DNA of 11,018 nt, from contig CAXGMD010000089.1 of assembly GCA_964010765.1 (NCBI GenBank), forward strand, positions 1-11,018, read 5' to 3'. This document shows positions 6,969 through 11,018 of this stretch, in pieces (the stretch's first letter is position 1; every line of letters begins with the position of its first letter). Under the pieces are notes generated by a model. The model searched no databases and was not told where the DNA came from. It saw only the letters and a list, made by a program, of their open reading frames with translations. This stretch comes from an uncultured bacterium. Lineage in GTDB: Bacteria; SAR324; NAC60-12. Made by a program: the position numbers and the translations under genes.

Positions 6969-9289
6969 CGCTTTCTACAGCACAACATCAGCTATTGGAT
7001 CCGAGTCAACATGTATTCACTGCCACAGACCAGCAGGTTGTGCAGACACTCTCTGATTTTTTGCCGAATCGCATCATTGATATCCACACGCACTTGTACA
7101 GCCTGACTGATTCACAAAAAACACCCACAACCGTCGAAGCAGATGGCGTGACGCTTCGCTCAACCATGAGTCATTGGCTGGAGCAGCGAGTAGAGCAGTA
7201 CCTTTCTTTTCCATTTCCGCTGAAAGACCTGCCTTTTGCTGCAGCCAATGAACACATTTTTCAGGAATCGCATAAGCACGATTTTGTTCATGGATTGATG
7301 ATCATTAGACCAACTGATGATCCAGATCAAGTACGTGAAACTGTACAGCAGCATTCCTTCCGTGGCTTCAAGTGCTACCACCACTACGCCTCTCGCAGCG
7401 ATACCTTTGATGCAGACATCGAAGAGTTCCTACCTGACTGGGCCTGGGAGATCGCTGATCAACAGAATCTGATCATCATGCTGCACCTGGTGAAAGCGCA
7501 GGCGCTGAGTGATCCAAACAACCTGAGCTACTTACACGATCGGCTATCTCGCTTCAAGAATGCCAAATTGGTTCTGGCTCACTGTGCCCGGGGATTTGCT
7601 GCCAAGAATACAATAGAGGGACTGAACGCAGTACGACAGTTTGAGAACGTCTTTTTTGATAGCTCTGCGGTCTGTGAACCAACCTCCATGGAAGCGATCA
7701 TCCGCGCAACCGGCATCACTCGGCTGATGTACGGCTCGGATTATCCTGTTTCCCAAATGCGAGGAAAAGCTATCAGCCTCGCCAATGGCTTCAGGTGGTT
7801 GAACCAAAATTCGTCAACTGGTCAGGATTCTTCTTTTGGAGAATTCACGCTGGTGGGCATTGAGTCCTTGCTAGCAATGCAGGTTGCCGCGCAGCTATGC
7901 TCGCTAAAAGATTCCGATCTAGAATATATCTTTTACAAAAATGCCTCCCACCTGTTAGGTTTAGGCGCGTCCTATGAGAGCAAACACAACCTGGAGCAAT
8001 ATGAATTGGCAAAAACTATGATTCCTGGAGGTACTCAACTGCTCAGCAAAAAACCTGAGTTGATGGCACCCAGCTACTGGCCTGCCTACTACACCCAGGC
8101 AACAGGTTGTGAGATAATTGATGAGAGTGGAAACCGTTTTCTTGACATGGCTTCCAACGCGGTGCTCTCCTGCCTACTTGGATACGCTGATGCTGATGTG
8201 AACAACGCTGTGCTACGCCGAGTTCAATTGGGTTCCATGTCTTCCTTGTCCAACTATGATGAAGTTCGGTTGGCAGAGCGCCTGCTGGAGATTCATCCTT
8301 GGGCTCAAATGGTCCGCTATGCTCGAACTGGTGGGGAAGCAATGACAATGGCTGTACGGATTGCCCGGGCTGTCACAGGTCGAGACAAGGTGGCGATTTG
8401 CGGCTACCACGGTTGGCATGACTGGTATCTAGCCGTCAATTTGGAGGATGGTCCGAATGGCTTACAAGACCATCTGCTGCCTGGATTGGATCCACTGGGA
8501 GTCCCTGCCGGTTTGAAAGGCACAGCGCTCCCGTTTCGTTACAACCAGCTAGCCGAACTAGAAGAAATCTTCGCTCATCACCAATTGGCTGCGGTTGTGA
8601 TGGAAACGACTCGCGGAGTTGAACCTGAAAACCAATTCCTAGAAAAAGTCCGCCAGTTAGCCACACAACATGGAACCAAGCTGATTTTTGACGAGATTTC
8701 GATCGGCTGGCGGCTTTGCTTGGGAGGGGCTCATCTGAAATACCACGTAACACCTGATCTTGCGGTGTTTGCCAAGGCCTTGAGCAACGGCTATCCCATG
8801 GGCGCAGTGATTGGACAAACCGCTGAGATGAAATTTTTTGAGCGTACCTTCATCTCCAGCGCCTATTGGTCTGAATCTATTGGGCCTACTGCCGCACTGG
8901 CTGCTGTGGAAAAGATGATGAGCTTGGATGTGCCAGCACACCTGCAACGGATTGGTGGATGCTTCATGAAACGCTGGTTGGAGCTGGGACAGTCCTGCCA
9001 GCTACCAACTTTTTTCAAGGGACGCCCAGAGTTGGTGCAACTTGGCTTTGAGCATGAACAGGCCAACCGCATCATGACCCTGTTCACTCGCTTGATGCTG
9101 CAGCAGGGGATCATGGCTGGATCTAGTTTCAATCCTACCTTTGCCCATCAAGATCGACACCTAGATCACTACTTTGAGAAAGCAGAAATCTGCTTTGACC
9201 AAATCAATCAGCAGTTGAAGTCAGGGCAGTTTTATAATCAGGATGCGTTCGAAACCAAGCAAACGGGTTTTGCCCGATTGGTCAATTGA
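6962..9289 (+). CDS. Fusion protein: amidohydrolase_2-type TIM-barrel domain (aa ~35-334) + class III PLP-dependent aminotransferase (GSA aminomutase-like, aa ~340-775)
   Basis: N-half: IIDIHTH (HxH), GFKCY, IMLH, LVLAH, FFDSS, LMYGSDYP, IFYKNA..LLG. C-half: IPGGTQLLSK, DESGNRFLD, LLGYAD, RTGGEAM, CGYHGWHDW, LIFDEI (D577), VFAKALSNGYP (PLP Lys605). GGAGG at 6948-6952; 7-nt overlap with the SDR. Confidence 0.9.
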   Translation: MVALSTAQHQLLDPSQHVFTATDQQVVQTLSDFLPNRIIDIHTHLYSLTDSQKTPTTVEADGVTLRSTMSHWLEQRVEQYLSFPFPLKDLPFAAANEHIFQESHKHDFVHGLMIIRPTDDPDQVRETVQQHSFRGFKCYHHYASRSDTFDADIEEFLPDWAWEIADQQNLIIMLHLVKAQALSDPNNLSYLHDRLSRFKNAKLVLAHCARGFAAKNTIEGLNAVRQFENVFFDSSAVCEPTSMEAIIRATGITRLMYGSDYPVSQMRGKAISLANGFRWLNQNSSTGQDSSFGEFTLVGIESLLAMQVAAQLCSLKDSDLEYIFYKNASHLLGLGASYESKHNLEQYELAKTMIPGGTQLLSKKPELMAPSYWPAYYTQATGCEIIDESGNRFLDMASNAVLSCLLGYADADVNNAVLRRVQLGSMSSLSNYDEVRLAERLLEIHPWAQMVRYARTGGEAMTMAVRIARAVTGRDKVAICGYHGWHDWYLAVNLEDGPNGLQDHLLPGLDPLGVPAGLKGTALPFRYNQLAELEEIFAHHQLAAVVMETTRGVEPENQFLEKVRQLATQHGTKLIFDEISIGWRLCLGGAHLKYHVTPDLAVFAKALSNGYPMGAVIGQTAEMKFFERTFISSAYWSESIGPTAALAAVEKMMSLDVPAHLQRIGGCFMKRWLELGQSCQLPTFFKGRPELVQLGFEHEQANRIMTLFTRLMLQQGIMAGSSFNPTFAHQDRHLDHYFEKAEICFDQINQQLKSGQFYNQDAFETKQTGFARLVN

Positions 9290-9385
9290 TAGACCTCCAA
9301 TCAACAACGCAACGAAAAGGAGTTGCCTATGAAGCATTGATTTCTTGATGATTTTTTTACTGTTAATTTTCAAGCGAGGTAACCG

Positions 9386-10999
9386 ATGAAAATCCGATTT
9401 CTTCTACCACTCGTCGTCACGCTTTGTTTTGCTACTCAGCTATTGGCGATGCCCAAGAACAGCAATCCACTCTCAGACTCACGGGTCCGTCAAGCGATTG
9501 CCTATGCGATTGACATGGACACCATTCAGGAGACCTTGCTCGAAGGCAAGGCCATCGTTGCAGATAGCCACATCCCGAACGGCCCCTTCAAAAAGCCTGG
9601 TCTACCCAAGTATTCCTATGATCCGGACAAGGCGCGCCAGTTGCTGAAAGAAGCCAACTGGAATTCGAGCCAGGAACTCGACATGGTCTACTACTACAGT
9701 GATCAGTTAACAGTCGACTTGATGACCGCTATTCAAGCCTATCTGAGTGATGTCGGTGTCAAGATGAACTTCCGTAAACTGGAAGGAGACGTTGGTGCCC
9801 AGCTTTGGACTGCACCAAAGGATCCGCAGAATGGCCCCTCTGCCGTGAAGTGGGATCTAGCCTATGGAGCCCATGGACCACTGGCACTACAAGAGTATTT
9901 CAGCCGTTACAAGACCGGAGATATGTCCATCTCACCAGCAGATGCCAAGGTAGACAGCATGATTGATGTGCTGACCAGTACCGCAGACATCGCTGCTCAA
10001 AAAAAGATCTTCTTCGAGATGGAAGATTACATGCAGACGGAACTCTTCACGCTTCCTCTCTACTATCAGCAAGCTTTCATCTATGAGAGCAATAAGCTGA
10101 ATCGCAACGGTGGAATCTACGGCAATCCACAGTACAACTATGATTGGGATGTCACCAAATGGACCGTAGAGCCCGACGCCAACGGCAAAATGGTGATGAA
10201 CACCAATACTGGCCCAATGGAATTTTTTGAGCATCCCTGGTTCAATCCAGGCCTGTTCATCACGAACAAGGTGCTGTTTGATCGGCTAATCAGCTGCGAT
10301 GGTGGATTGGCACCAACCCGGCCAAAAATGGCCAAGTACTACAACCTGAGCAAAGACGCCAAGACTCTGACATTTGAGCTGAAGAATGGCCTCCAGTGGC
10401 ACGATGGTTCAGCAATCACTGCTGAAGAGATCAAGTGGAACATTGAGTTGGCTCTCAAAGTCCCCAACATCATGCCGATCTTCAAGACAACTTTCAGTTA
10501 TCTGGAAGGTGCAGAAGCTTTCATGAATGGCTCTGCATCCAGCGTTTCCGGAATCGCTATCAGTGGCAACAAGATCACCTTGTCTTTTGCTCAAGTGGAT
10601 CCAAATGTTCTACTGACTTTCACTCAGTGGGCTCCTTTGCCGCGCAAGTATCTAGAAGATGTTGATCCTGCCAAGTTCCAGCAGCACCCTTTCTGGCAAA
10701 ACCCCGTAGGCTCTGGTCCCTACAAAGTCCAGGAAGTCAAAATGAACGACTACCTGATCATGGTTCCATTTGAGAACTTCCACGAAGGTGTTGCCCGTAT
10801 TGATGAGATCGTCGCCTATCCCAGCAAGGATAACGATGCTAATCTCGTCAAGAACGCCTCGGCCGGATCCCTTGACTATGGGTTCACCAAGAACGTGGCT
10901 GACGTCAAAGCCTTGGAAGAGATGGACCACATGCGTGTCATTCCGGCAGACATCCCGTATACACGGATGGTCTGGTTCAACAAGTACGCGAAAAACTAA
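9386..10999 (+). CDS. ABC transporter substrate-binding protein, family 5 (DppA/OppA-like), apparently circularly permuted
   Basis: GAGGT RBS; Sec-type signal peptide MKIRFLLPLVVTLCFATQLLA; PLSDSRVRQAIAYAID, YDPDKARQLLKEA, LFDRL, SKDAKTLTFELKNGLQWHDGSAITAEEI, PVGSGPYKV. All are family-5 motifs but in swapped order. TAA at 10997-10999. Confidence 0.9.
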   Translation: MKIRFLLPLVVTLCFATQLLAMPKNSNPLSDSRVRQAIAYAIDMDTIQETLLEGKAIVADSHIPNGPFKKPGLPKYSYDPDKARQLLKEANWNSSQELDMVYYYSDQLTVDLMTAIQAYLSDVGVKMNFRKLEGDVGAQLWTAPKDPQNGPSAVKWDLAYGAHGPLALQEYFSRYKTGDMSISPADAKVDSMIDVLTSTADIAAQKKIFFEMEDYMQTELFTLPLYYQQAFIYESNKLNRNGGIYGNPQYNYDWDVTKWTVEPDANGKMVMNTNTGPMEFFEHPWFNPGLFITNKVLFDRLISCDGGLAPTRPKMAKYYNLSKDAKTLTFELKNGLQWHDGSAITAEEIKWNIELALKVPNIMPIFKTTFSYLEGAEAFMNGSASSVSGIAISGNKITLSFAQVDPNVLLTFTQWAPLPRKYLEDVDPAKFQQHPFWQNPVGSGPYKVQEVKMNDYLIMVPFENFHEGVARIDEIVAYPSKDNDANLVKNASAGSLDYGFTKNVADVKALEEMDHMRVIPADIPYTRMVWFNKYAKN

Positions 11000-11018
11000 G
11001 CCTCTCAACCAACCCAAC

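Noticed and set aside
7990..9289. Calling the aminotransferase domain hemL
   Set aside because: It lacks the HemL N-terminal PGGVNSPVR motif (has PGGTQLLSK), is fused to an amidohydrolase, and has no tetrapyrrole context.
9386..10999. Interpreting the SBP as two truncated genes or an assembly chimera
   Set aside because: It is a single open frame of normal length with an RBS, signal peptide, short linker and complementary non-overlapping halves. This is disfavoured, but not formally excluded without reads.
4095..11017. Remaining 60-130 aa alternate-frame and antisense ORFs (e.g. 6126-6476, 6543-6932, 8436-8753, 9932-10234, 10652-11017)
   Set aside because: They lie within or almost wholly overlap motif-bearing genes and show no family signatures; they are expected shadow ORFs.
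1..11018. CRISPR arrays, tRNA/rRNA, IS elements, intrinsic terminators, taxonomic assignment
   Set aside because: I saw no spaced repeats, RNA-gene signatures, transposase/integrase ORFs or GC hairpin + U-tract after gene ends. No marker gene is present to support naming the organism.

Overview
Bacterial catabolic-type gene cluster arranged around a divergent AT-rich control region (1721-2122). Leftward (- strand): two polar-amino-acid ABC permeases and a 5' fragment of their ATPase, which runs off the window and is missing from the ORF track. Rightward (+ strand) is an apparent operon: GntR/FadR regulator, PhyH-family Fe(II)/2-oxoglutarate dioxygenase, HpcH/HpaI class II aldolase, aldo/keto reductase, a second PhyH paralogue, SDR, a 775-aa amidohydrolase_2 + class III aminotransferase fusion, and a family-5 (DppA/OppA-type) solute-binding protein. 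The most striking observation is that this binding protein appears circularly permuted: a signal peptide, then the normally C-terminal half, then the normally N-terminal half, with both new termini at the same canonical loop. The enzyme set does not match a pathway I can name and may be an undescribed route for an amino-sugar or amino-sugar-acid type substrate (inference). I saw no RNA genes, CRISPR arrays or mobile elements. All calls come from reading motifs by eye; no database searches were run.
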